A stretch of 63,142 nucleotides of DNA, taken from assembly GCA_020062425.1 (NCBI GenBank), contig JAGUWJ010000022.1, forward strand, positions 1-63,142, written 5' to 3'. A program made the position numbers and the translations under genes. Each line of letters begins with the position of its first letter. Positions within the stretch are counted from its first letter, which is position 1. Positions 1 to 8,448 of the stretch are shown here, piece after piece. Origin of the DNA: Actinomycetota bacterium. Lineage in GTDB: Bacteria; Actinomycetota; Geothermincolia; Fen-727; Anoxymicrobiaceae. Below the pieces are notes generated by a model that saw only the letters and a program-made list of their open reading frames with translations, did no database searches and was not told the origin of the DNA.

Positions 1-174
1 GACTTCCCTCATGACGGACGCTCCTTTCACTCGAGTCTTTGCAAACCCAAGTTTAATGGAGCATCCGTCTTCTTATTAATCCAGACCCCAAAAGGTGAAA
101 GTTCACAGGCGATATTCCTCTTTGTTGCGCTATAGTCTGGGCAGAGGCCGGCGGATCATACGGGGTGGGTCCAG

Positions 175-579
175 ATGAACGAGATTGATTTCGCGCCGAT
201 CGGGTACGTGGAGAGCGATTTCAAGGAGATACAGCACGACCCGGACATATTCAAGGGCACAGTGTCCGGCATAAGGATCCTCGATGAGTACGTGGATGGG
301 CTGTACCGCCTGGAGCAGTACCGCCGCCTTTACGTGATATTCGTATTCGACAGGGCTCGAGGCTACCGCCTGGTCATCCATCCGCGCGGTGACCTCAACA
401 GGCCCGAACGAGGGGTGTTCGGAACCCGCTCCCCGTACAGGCCTAATCCCATAGGACTCGCGGTGGTGGAGCTGCTCGGGGTGGAAGGCCCCCTGGTAAG
501 GGTGCGAGACCTCGATGCCATCGACGGAACGCCCGTGCTCGACATCAAACCCTGTGAGGACGACTCCGTCATCTACTAA
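175..579 (+). CDS. trmO: tRNA m6t6A37 methyltransferase TrmO/TsaA-like (YaeB/UPF0066 family)
   Basis: 134-aa ORF with family-typical motifs FAPIGYVES, RSPYRPNPIG and DGTPVLDIKP. ATG at 175. Confidence 0.8.
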   Translation: MNEIDFAPIGYVESDFKEIQHDPDIFKGTVSGIRILDEYVDGLYRLEQYRRLYVIFVFDRARGYRLVIHPRGDLNRPERGVFGTRSPYRPNPIGLAVVELLGVEGPLVRVRDLDAIDGTPVLDIKPCEDDSVIY

Positions 580-1987
580 AGCCCTCCGAGCGCTCCAGAA
601 ACTCGCGCGCCCGCCGGGCCGCCTCTTCTTTATCCTCCGGAGCGAGCGTGCCTTCAAGCACCAGGTCGGCAAGATGGCTCTTCACCTCTTTAAGCCATGG
701 GCCCGGGCCGCGGTCGAAGAGCCTCATCAGTTCGCGACCGTCGAGCGGCGAGCGCGCTTTCGCGACCTCGGATGCCGCCTCGAGCGCGTTGATCCTTCTC
801 TCCAGGTCGTCTATGAATGTGAGGAACGGCTCCACGGTATCGAGGCTTCCTGCCTTCACGTCCGCACGGGCCAGCTCCAGCACCTCCGAGACCGGCACCA
901 CCACCCGGCCGCTCCTGGTCATGGTGCAGTCGCGGACGAGCCTTCTCACCGCGGCGTCGCTGAAATCGGGTTCGTAGCGGATGGGGCGCATGTGCCTGCG
1001 GACCAGGAAAGCGGTCGTATCGACGTCTCTCCTGCCGTAGCGCAACCTGCGCATCGCCCTGCGCGTCAGGGTTTCGCTGATCTTATCGTGCTCCGGGAAC
1101 ATCGTCTTGGGGACCGTGACCTTTGTCGGCGGCTTGCCCAGGTCATGGAACAGGGCGGCGCGCCTCAGCAGGGGCTCCGCCGGCAGATACGTCATGGTGA
1201 GCAGGGTGTGCTCCAGCACGTCGGCCCTGTGATAAGCGGGAGGTTGCTCTACGCCTTCCATGGCGCTCACCTCGGGCGCCACGTGGTCCATCAGGCCCGC
1301 ATCGACCAGCGTCCTCACCCCGACGTCGGGGCGGGGTGAGACCAGGATGAGTTCGAGCTCAGCCTTTCGCCGCTCCCACGATATCTCGTCGAGCCGCTCC
1401 GCGTCGCGGCGGAGCACCTCCAACAGTCCCGGCTCGATGCCGAAGCCCAGTTGGGCCGAGAACCGCACGGCCCTCATCATCCTCAAGGGGTCCTCGGCCA
1501 TGCGTACCTCCGGCCGGCCGGGGGTCCTGATGACCTTTCGCCGCACGTCCTCCAAGCCTCCGAACGGGTCGACCAGGCAGCCCCTTTCGGGGGCCAGCGA
1601 AAGTGCTACGGCGTTAACGGTGAAATCACGGCGGGCAAGGTCCTCCTCAATGGTAGATACCGGGCTGACTTGAGGATGCCGGGAGCCGGGTCTGTACTCG
1701 TCCGAGCGGAAGGTGGTGATCTCCAGCTCGCCCTCGTCGCCGGAAAGGACGAGCGTCCCGAACTTCTCTCCGATATCGTGGATCGCGCCAAGCCCCTCCA
1801 GGGCCCTGCGTATCTCATCCGGGGACAGGTTCGTGGCGAGGTCGAACTCACCGGGTTCGGTGCCCATCAGCAGGTCCCGCACCCATCCCCCCACTACATA
1901 GAGCTCGCCTCCCGCCTGGTTCACCCTCCGGGCGAACTCGTCCAGGACCGCCGGCACTCGCTTCGACAGTTCTCGGTCATAGTTCAT
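569..1987 (-). CDS. cca: CCA-adding tRNA nucleotidyltransferase / poly(A) polymerase family with C-terminal HD domain
   Basis: 472 aa. N-terminal nucleotidyltransferase motif YVVGGWVRD..DLAT. HD-type region LFHDLGKP. Converges on trmO with an 11-nt overlap. Confidence 0.8.
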   Translation of the reverse strand: MNYDRELSKRVPAVLDEFARRVNQAGGELYVVGGWVRDLLMGTEPGEFDLATNLSPDEIRRALEGLGAIHDIGEKFGTLVLSGDEGELEITTFRSDEYRPGSRHPQVSPVSTIEEDLARRDFTVNAVALSLAPERGCLVDPFGGLEDVRRKVIRTPGRPEVRMAEDPLRMMRAVRFSAQLGFGIEPGLLEVLRRDAERLDEISWERRKAELELILVSPRPDVGVRTLVDAGLMDHVAPEVSAMEGVEQPPAYHRADVLEHTLLTMTYLPAEPLLRRAALFHDLGKPPTKVTVPKTMFPEHDKISETLTRRAMRRLRYGRRDVDTTAFLVRRHMRPIRYEPDFSDAAVRRLVRDCTMTRSGRVVVPVSEVLELARADVKAGSLDTVEPFLTFIDDLERRINALEAASEVAKARSPLDGRELMRLFDRGPGPWLKEVKSHLADLVLEGTLAPEDKEEAARRAREFLERSEGFSR

Positions 1988-2184
1988 ATCTCAATGATAT
2001 GCAATCTCGCATCACAGGTCGCGCCCGCGACGGTTCTGCCGGCACGATCCACCTTGAGCGGCGTCAATAATCAATCCACTGCGACTGTGATATTCTGTTC
2101 GACGTTCAGTCTCATCCGAGGGCACGGCGGGCGTTCCCGCCGGCGGTGAGATCTTGTAGCGGTGCCCCGCAGGATCGGGGATCG

Positions 2185-2730
2185 ATGATCAGTAATGTGA
2201 GCAGACAACTGGAGACAGCCCTCGAGGAGAGGACCGGCCAGAAGGTCCGGCACTGCTACCAGTGCAAGAAGTGCTCCGCGGGGTGCCCGGTCGCTTTCGC
2301 CATGGACGTCCTGCCCCACGAGGTGATGAAGCTCGTCCAGTACGGGCAATCCGAAAGGCTGCTGGGGTGTTCCACCGTCTGGCTCTGCGCATCCTGCGAG
2401 ACCTGTTCCACCCGCTGTCCCAACGACATCGACATCGCTGGGGTCATGGACGGCCTGCGGGTGATGTCCCTGGAAGCGGGCAGCGCTTCCGAACGCCGCA
2501 TAGGAGTCTTTCACCGCTCCTTCCTTAACGGGATAAAGCTCCTGGGCAGGACCAACGAGACCGTCCTGATAGGGCAGTACAAAGCCCTGTCGGGCAGGCC
2601 TTTCGACGACCTCGGGCTCGGGCTTGTGATGTTCCTCAAGGGCAAGATAAAACTCGTGCCCCGTTTCGTCAGGAACCGCCGGGCCGTCAGGAAGATATTC
2701 GAGGAGACCTCGAGGGGGCGGTCCGCTTGA
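2185..2730 (+). CDS. hdrC: heterodisulfide reductase subunit C-like
   Basis: Two ferredoxin-type Cys motifs (CYQCKKCSAGCP, CASCETCSTRCP). The ORF opens at 2146, but ATG 2185 (MISNVS) fits the family length. TTGA stop/start junction with hdrB. Confidence 0.8.
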   Translation: MISNVSRQLETALEERTGQKVRHCYQCKKCSAGCPVAFAMDVLPHEVMKLVQYGQSERLLGCSTVWLCASCETCSTRCPNDIDIAGVMDGLRVMSLEAGSASERRIGVFHRSFLNGIKLLGRTNETVLIGQYKALSGRPFDDLGLGLVMFLKGKIKLVPRFVRNRRAVRKIFEETSRGRSA

Positions 2731-3611
2731 CGGATCTGTCTTTCACATACTATCCGGGCTGCTCCCAATCCGGCTCGGCCAGCGAATACGGTGACTCCAC
2801 CGAGGTCGTCTGCGCGGCGCTCGGTATCGAGCTTGCCGAACTGCCGGACTGGAACTGCTGCGGCGCTTCTTCCGCGCATATGACGAACGACCTGCTCTCG
2901 GTCGCACTGCCGGGCCGTGACCTGGCCGCGGCGAGGCGGATAGGCAGGGACGTCCTGGTCGTGTGTGCCGCCTGTTACTCGCGGATGCGCATCGCCCAGA
3001 GCCGGATGCTCGAGGATGAGAAACTTGCGCGCCGGGTGGAGCGAGCAGTTGGGGAGAACCCCCGCTTCGAGGGAAGGGTCAGGCACCTCCTGGATGTGCT
3101 GGTCAACGACATCGGCCTTCCTTCCATCAGGGAAAGGGTGGCACTCAGCCTGGAGGGCTTGAAGGCGGTGCCGTATTACGGGTGCCTGCTGGTGAGGCCG
3201 CCGGAGGTCTGCTTCTGTGATTCAGTAGAGAACCCCACCGATCTCGACCGCTTCTTGGAGGCGCTGGGGGTACAGGTCAGACCCTGGTCGTTCAAGACCG
3301 ACTGCTGCGGCGGAAGCCTGTCGCTCTCGCGCCCGGATGTCACCGAGAAACTGGTGAACAAGATATTCACCCGGGCCGAGGAGGCCGGAGCCGAGTGCAT
3401 CGTCGCCGCGTGCCCGATGTGCGTCGCGAACCTCGAGATGAGGCAGAAGCCCTCGACGTTCGCCTTCGAGCTTCCGCACCGTTTGCCGGTGCTGTACTTC
3501 ACGGAGCTCCTCGCGCTGGCCATGGGCCTTCCCGGGGTGGACGAATGGCTGAAGAGCCACATCATAGACCCGCTTCCGCTGATGAGGCGGGCAAACCTGA
3601 TAAGAGCATGA
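2727..3611 (+). CDS. hdrB: heterodisulfide reductase subunit B-like (two CCG domains)
   Basis: YYPGCS...NCCG and YYGC...DCCGG Cys-rich CCG-type repeats. TTG start overlaps the hdrC stop. ATGA junction with hdrA. Confidence 0.85.
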   Translation: MTDLSFTYYPGCSQSGSASEYGDSTEVVCAALGIELAELPDWNCCGASSAHMTNDLLSVALPGRDLAAARRIGRDVLVVCAACYSRMRIAQSRMLEDEKLARRVERAVGENPRFEGRVRHLLDVLVNDIGLPSIRERVALSLEGLKAVPYYGCLLVRPPEVCFCDSVENPTDLDRFLEALGVQVRPWSFKTDCCGGSLSLSRPDVTEKLVNKIFTRAEEAGAECIVAACPMCVANLEMRQKPSTFAFELPHRLPVLYFTELLALAMGLPGVDEWLKSHIIDPLPLMRRANLIRA

Positions 3612-6600
3612 GCGAAGAAGAACAGGCAGCGAAAAAAGAAAAGAGAGCCCCCGCCTCGAAAAAGGCTTCGGGAAAGAAGGCGGCGAAGAAAGCCACTCCG
3701 GCGAAGAAAGCCACCGCCGGCAAGCCAGCGAAAAAACCCGCAAAGAAGGCCGCGAAGAAGACGGCCTCCAAGGCCTCAGTGGTGAAGAAGGCGGCCGGGA
3801 AGACCGCGGAGAAGCGTGCGCGGGTGAGAGCGGGCGCGGCGGGGTTGGCCCCTGAAAAGCCGGGCTCCGGGGTGTTGAAACGCGGCCCCGTCGGTGCGGT
3901 GATGGTCATCGGGGGAGGCATAGGCGGCGTCCAGGCATCTCTCGACCTGGTGGAGATGGGTTACAAGGTGTACCTGGTGGACTCCGGGCCCTCCATCGGC
4001 GGGGTTATGGGACAGCTCGATAAGACCTTTCCCACCAATGACTGCTCGATGTGCATTCTCTCGCCGAAGCTGGTAGAGGTCGGTTCGAATCGGAACATCG
4101 ACATCTATACTCTTTCTGACGTGGTAGGCGTCGCAGGGGAACCGGGCCGCTTCGAAGTGACACTCCGTGTCCGGCCCCGTTACGTCGACCTGGAGAAGTG
4201 CACCGGATGTGGTATCTGCTCAGAGCACTGCCGGGTCAAGGTGAAGGACCCGTACGATGCCGGCCTTTCCAGGGCTCCTCTCATACGGGTGCCTTTCCCG
4301 CAGGCGGTCCCCGGGGCGGCGTTCATCGACCCCACAAAGTGCCTGTACCTGCTCAAGGGAAAATGCGGTAACTGCCGCGAGGAGTGCCCGGCGGGCGCGG
4401 TCAACTACGAGGACTCCGAGCGCACGGAGACCCTCCAGGTCGGCTCGATCATCCTCGCCTCCGGCTACAAGCCGTTCGACGCCACGGCCCGCGCCGAGTA
4501 CGGGTACGGTGCCTACGATAACGTCGTGACCAGCCTCGAGTTCGAGCGCATACTCGCGGCGAACGGCCCCACCGGAGGCCACGTGGTCAGGCGCTCCGAC
4601 GGTGAGCCGGTGAAAAAACTCGCCTTTATACAGTGCGTCGGCTCCCGCGACTCGACACTCGGAAACACGTACTGCTCGTCGGTGTGCTGCATGTACGCCA
4701 CCAAGCAGTCGATAATCGCGAAGGAGCATGCGCGCGAGATAGAGCCCACCATCTTCTTCATCGACATGAGGACTTACGGAAAGGGCTTCGAGGAGTACTA
4801 CCAGAAGGCCAAGGACGAGCAGGGCGTGCGCTACGTACGCTGCCTGGCTTCGTACGCCAAGGAGCTCCAGCCATCCAGGAAGATACTCATCGGCTATACC
4901 GACCCGCGCGGGCGGACTGTCGAGGAGGAGTTCGACCTGGCGGTGCTCTGCGTGGGCATTACGCCCGATGCGGCAGGCCCCGCCGGAGCGCTGGGGGTAA
5001 GTCTGAACGAGCACGGCTTCGTGGAGACTGACGACTTCCTCTCGGTAAAGTCCACGCGGGAGGGCGTCTACGCCTGCGGCGCGGTGGAGGGCCCCAAGGA
5101 CATCCCGGACTCGGTCATCCAGGCCAGCGCGGCTGCGGGACTCGCCAGCTCGAGGCTGGGGGTCTGCCGCTGCGAGCTGACCGAGCACGTGGAGTACCCT
5201 CCCGAGCGGGACGTGTCGGGGGAGGAGCCCCGGGTAGGCGCGATAATATGCCGCTGCGGGACCAACATTGGCGGAGTAGTGGACGTTCCTTCCGTGGTGG
5301 ATTACGCGAGATCGCTCCCCAACGTGGTCTTCGCGGACGAGCGGCTGTACGCGTGCAGCCAGGACGCGCAGGAGTGGATACGGGAGGTCATCAGGGAGAA
5401 CAGCCTCAACAGGGTCATGGTGGCATCCTGCACCCCCCGCACCCACCAGCCGCTGTTCAGGGAGACCGTGCGCTCGGCGGGGCTCAACAAGTATCTCTTT
5501 GAGATGGCTAACATCCGGGAGCACTGTTCGTGGGTGCACATGGACATCCCCGACGACGCCACGCATAAGGCCAAGCTGCTGGTCAAGATGGGCGTGGAGA
5601 AGGCATCACTTCTCGAGCCTCTGGAGGAAGGTGTCTCCCAGGTCATCCACAACGCCATGGTGATAGGCGGCGGCGGGGCGGGCATGGTAGCGGCCCTCCA
5701 GCTCTCCGACGCGGGCTTCAAGACCTACCTGGTGGAGAAGGAAGCGGAGCTGGGCGGCAACATGAGGCACATCCACCGCACCATAGAGGGAGCGGACGTC
5801 CAGGCTTACCTGCGGGACCTCACCGAACGGGTCACGGGTCACGAGATGATAGAGACCATGCTCTCCTCGCGCGTGGAAGAGGTCGACGGCTACATCGGCA
5901 AGTACCATACCAGGGTGCGAACCCCGGGGGGGCCGCGGGAGCTCGACCACGGGGTCGTGGTTGTCGCCACCGGCGGGTCGGAGTATGAGCCGGCCCCCGG
6001 CGAGTTCGGGTGGGGAGAGAGCGAGCGCGTCATCATACAGGTAGAGCTGGAAAGGCGGCTCGCGGAGGAGCCGGAGTCACTTCGCGGCCTGAGATCGGTG
6101 ACCATGATACAGTGCGTGGGTTCCCGCAACGATGAGCACCCTTATTGCAGCAAGATATGCTGCGGGGTTGCCGTGAAGAACGCGCTGATGCTGAAGGAGC
6201 TGAACCCGTCAGTCGACCTCAATATCTGTTATCGGGACCTGAGAACCTACGGCTTCAAGGAAGATTTCTACCTCAAAGCCCGGGACCGGGGGGTCAACTT
6301 CATCCGTTACGAGAAAGAGACGCCTCCGCTGGTGCGGTGCACCGCGGGTGGCCGGCGGGTGACGGTGCGGGACTGGAACATCCAGGGCGAGGAGGTCGTC
6401 CTGGCCCCTGATCTGGTGGTCCTCTCCACGGGCGTCGTCTCCAACCCCGAGGCCGCCGAACTGGGGCCCAAGCTGAAGGTAACGCTCAACTCTGACGGGT
6501 TCTTCCTGGAGGCCCATGTCAAGCTGCGCCCGGTCGATTTTGCCACGGACGGAGTATTTCTCGCAGGGCTTGCGCATTACCCCAAGACGATCTCCGAGAG

Positions 6601-6904
6601 CCTCACCCAGGCTTGCGCCGCCGCGGCCCGCGCGGAGTCGGTCCTCTCCAAGGAGAACGTGGTGACAGAGGGCGTGGTGGCATACATCGATCCTGATGTC
6701 TGCTCTGGGTGCAAGGCCTGTGTTGACCTGTGCTCGTACGAGGCCGTGTTCTTCGACGAGGCCAGGAAGGTCGCTTCCATCAACAGGTCGCTCTGCAAGG
6801 GCTGCGGGGCCTGCGCCGCCGCCTGCCCCTCGGGGGCCAACCGCCTGCTCGGGTTCAAGCCGCGGCAGATAATCGCTCAGATCAAGGCCGCCTGCGGAGC
6901 CTGA
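3608..6904 (+). CDS. hdrA: HdrA-like flavoprotein: tandem duplication of the HdrA core with a Lys/Ala-rich N-terminal extension
   Basis: Two FAD GxGxxG folds (VIGGGIGG, VIGGGGAG). Two CVGSR...YCS..CC motifs. FPTNDCSMCIL. Several CxxCxxCxxxC ferredoxin motifs. The ORF opens at 3395, but ATG 3608 overlaps the hdrB stop (ATGA). Confidence 0.85.
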   Translation: MSEEEQAAKKEKRAPASKKASGKKAAKKATPAKKATAGKPAKKPAKKAAKKTASKASVVKKAAGKTAEKRARVRAGAAGLAPEKPGSGVLKRGPVGAVMVIGGGIGGVQASLDLVEMGYKVYLVDSGPSIGGVMGQLDKTFPTNDCSMCILSPKLVEVGSNRNIDIYTLSDVVGVAGEPGRFEVTLRVRPRYVDLEKCTGCGICSEHCRVKVKDPYDAGLSRAPLIRVPFPQAVPGAAFIDPTKCLYLLKGKCGNCREECPAGAVNYEDSERTETLQVGSIILASGYKPFDATARAEYGYGAYDNVVTSLEFERILAANGPTGGHVVRRSDGEPVKKLAFIQCVGSRDSTLGNTYCSSVCCMYATKQSIIAKEHAREIEPTIFFIDMRTYGKGFEEYYQKAKDEQGVRYVRCLASYAKELQPSRKILIGYTDPRGRTVEEEFDLAVLCVGITPDAAGPAGALGVSLNEHGFVETDDFLSVKSTREGVYACGAVEGPKDIPDSVIQASAAAGLASSRLGVCRCELTEHVEYPPERDVSGEEPRVGAIICRCGTNIGGVVDVPSVVDYARSLPNVVFADERLYACSQDAQEWIREVIRENSLNRVMVASCTPRTHQPLFRETVRSAGLNKYLFEMANIREHCSWVHMDIPDDATHKAKLLVKMGVEKASLLEPLEEGVSQVIHNAMVIGGGGAGMVAALQLSDAGFKTYLVEKEAELGGNMRHIHRTIEGADVQAYLRDLTERVTGHEMIETMLSSRVEEVDGYIGKYHTRVRTPGGPRELDHGVVVVATGGSEYEPAPGEFGWGESERVIIQVELERRLAEEPESLRGLRSVTMIQCVGSRNDEHPYCSKICCGVAVKNALMLKELNPSVDLNICYRDLRTYGFKEDFYLKARDRGVNFIRYEKETPPLVRCTAGGRRVTVRDWNIQGEEVVLAPDLVVLSTGVVSNPEAAELGPKLKVTLNSDGFFLEAHVKLRPVDFATDGVFLAGLAHYPKTISESLTQACAAAARAESVLSKENVVTEGVVAYIDPDVCSGCKACVDLCSYEAVFFDEARKVASINRSLCKGCGACAAACPSGANRLLGFKPRQIIAQIKAACGA

Positions 6905-6919
6905 CCGGGCAGACCCGCC

Positions 6920-7002
6920 AAATTCAACCTTTGACCTTTGGGGTCAGACCCCCCAGGTTGAATTTTTCACATTCCGGGATCAAACCCCAGAATGTGAAAA
7001 AA
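6920..7002 (+). terminator. two adjacent 11-bp-stem hairpins after hdrA; the first is followed by a T5 run
   Basis: AAATTCAACCT(6920-6930)/AGGTTGAATTT(6955-6965) followed by TT. TTTTCACATTC(6964-6974)/GAATGTGAAAA(6990-7000). Confidence 0.5.
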
Positions 7003-7075
7003 GGCTCGACAATTCCGCGATAATGGTTTTCAATTCTTGCGCGGCTTTGTTGAGTGAGAGAGACGGGTGTAACAG

Positions 7076-8392
7076 GTGAATCCACTTGCTGAAGAACTGA
7101 ACGCCACCATAGGGTCGGCGAACCCGGCCCTGCTTACAACGCTCTCTGCGCTGGGGAGAGAGCTGTTCTTCCCGAAGGGGATACTGACCCAGACCGCGGA
7201 GGCCAGGGAGAAGGCGTACCGTTTCGATGCGACGATAGGCATTGCCCGCGCGGGCGGCGAGGCCATGAACCTTCCGGCCGTCACGAGCGGGCTGGCGGGC
7301 ATCAGCCCGGACGAGGCGTTGGATTACGCGCCGTCGACCGGCAACCCCGGTCTGCGCCGGAAGTGGCAGGCAGATATGATGGCCAAGAACCCCTCGCTCG
7401 AGGGGAAACCGACCAGCCTGCCAGTAGTGACCGGCGGCATCACGCACGGCCTCTCGCTATGCGGGGAGTTGTTCCTGGATCCCGGAGACGTGGTGTTGCT
7501 TCCGGACAAGTACTGGGGCAACTACCGCATGGTGTTCGGCACGCGACGCGAGGCGGAGGTCCGCACCTTCCCGTTCTTCTCCGCCGATGCCGGATTCAAC
7601 ATCGACGGGGCGTGCGAAGCCCTTTCCGGGGTACTCGACGAAAGGGGCAAGGCGTTTCTGGTCTTGAACTTTCCCAACAACCCGACCGGGTACTCGATAA
7701 GACGTGCTGAGGCCAGGGCTATGGCGGAGGTGCTGGACTCACTCGCGGGACCGGGCCGTGATCTGGTGGTGGTCCTCGACGACGCCTACTTCGGCCTGTT
7801 CTACGATGACGACGCCTGCCCCGAATCGCTCTTCGGGCTTATCGCGGGCATGAATGAACACCTCTTCCCCATCAAGCTGGACGGGGCCACCAAGGAGGAG
7901 TACGCGTGGGGTCTCAGGGTCGGCTTCATAACTTTCGGGGTCGCAGCCGCCGGTCGCGAGGCTGAAGTCCACCAGGCGCTCGAGAAGAAGGTGGGCGGCG
8001 CTGTGAGGGGAGGCATATCCAACTGCTCTCAACTCGGGCAGACGCTGGTCCTCCGCGCGCTGGATGACCCCGATTTCCACGCCCAGAAGAACGACAGGTT
8101 CGAGCTCATGAAGAAAAGGGCCCTCGCGGTGAAGAAGGCCCTTGCGAACGAGGAATATGACCGATTCTGGGAGCCGTACCCGTTCAACGCCGGGTACTTC
8201 ATGTGCGTCCGGCTCAAGAGCCTCGACGCGGAGGAATTCCGGGTGCGCCTGCTCGAACGTCACGGGGTCGGGGTCATAGCCGACGGCGGTACTGACATCC
8301 GGGTCGCTTTCTCTTGCCTGGAAGTTGATGAGATCCCCGAACTCTTTGCTATAATGTTTGCCTGCGCAGAAGAGATGACCAGCTTGAGCTGA
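7076..8392 (+). CDS. class I/II PLP-dependent aminotransferase
   Basis: 438 aa, GTG start. Fold-type I aminotransferase layout (NFPNNPTGY, DDAYFGL, KLDGATKE with a candidate PLP lysine). Confidence 0.75.
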   Translation: MNPLAEELNATIGSANPALLTTLSALGRELFFPKGILTQTAEAREKAYRFDATIGIARAGGEAMNLPAVTSGLAGISPDEALDYAPSTGNPGLRRKWQADMMAKNPSLEGKPTSLPVVTGGITHGLSLCGELFLDPGDVVLLPDKYWGNYRMVFGTRREAEVRTFPFFSADAGFNIDGACEALSGVLDERGKAFLVLNFPNNPTGYSIRRAEARAMAEVLDSLAGPGRDLVVVLDDAYFGLFYDDDACPESLFGLIAGMNEHLFPIKLDGATKEEYAWGLRVGFITFGVAAAGREAEVHQALEKKVGGAVRGGISNCSQLGQTLVLRALDDPDFHAQKNDRFELMKKRALAVKKALANEEYDRFWEPYPFNAGYFMCVRLKSLDAEEFRVRLLERHGVGVIADGGTDIRVAFSCLEVDEIPELFAIMFACAEEMTSLS

Positions 8393-8448
8393 TCAGGGAC
8401 AATCCACACCGGTCCAGGCGGGCCACCGCCCGCAAAAAGGAGAGTTTA

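Noticed and set aside
3395-3607. Upstream ATG 3395 as the HdrA start (1169-aa ORF).
   Set aside because: This stretch overlaps the 3' end of hdrB, which has clear CCG-domain coding. ATG 3608 forms an ATGA junction with the hdrB stop.
4220-5566. Long antisense or alternative-frame ORFs inside large genes. Examples are 4220-5566 (448 aa) opposite hdrA, 11774-12799 and 11121-12020, 30514-31278 opposite fpg, 34991-36019 opposite the big kinase, 60446-61351 opposite the portal gene, and 8446-9381.
   Set aside because: Each lies wholly inside a gene with clear family motifs on the other strand or frame. Their products are Arg/Gly/Pro/His-rich low-complexity sequence, which is typical of stop-codon-poor frames in high-GC DNA.
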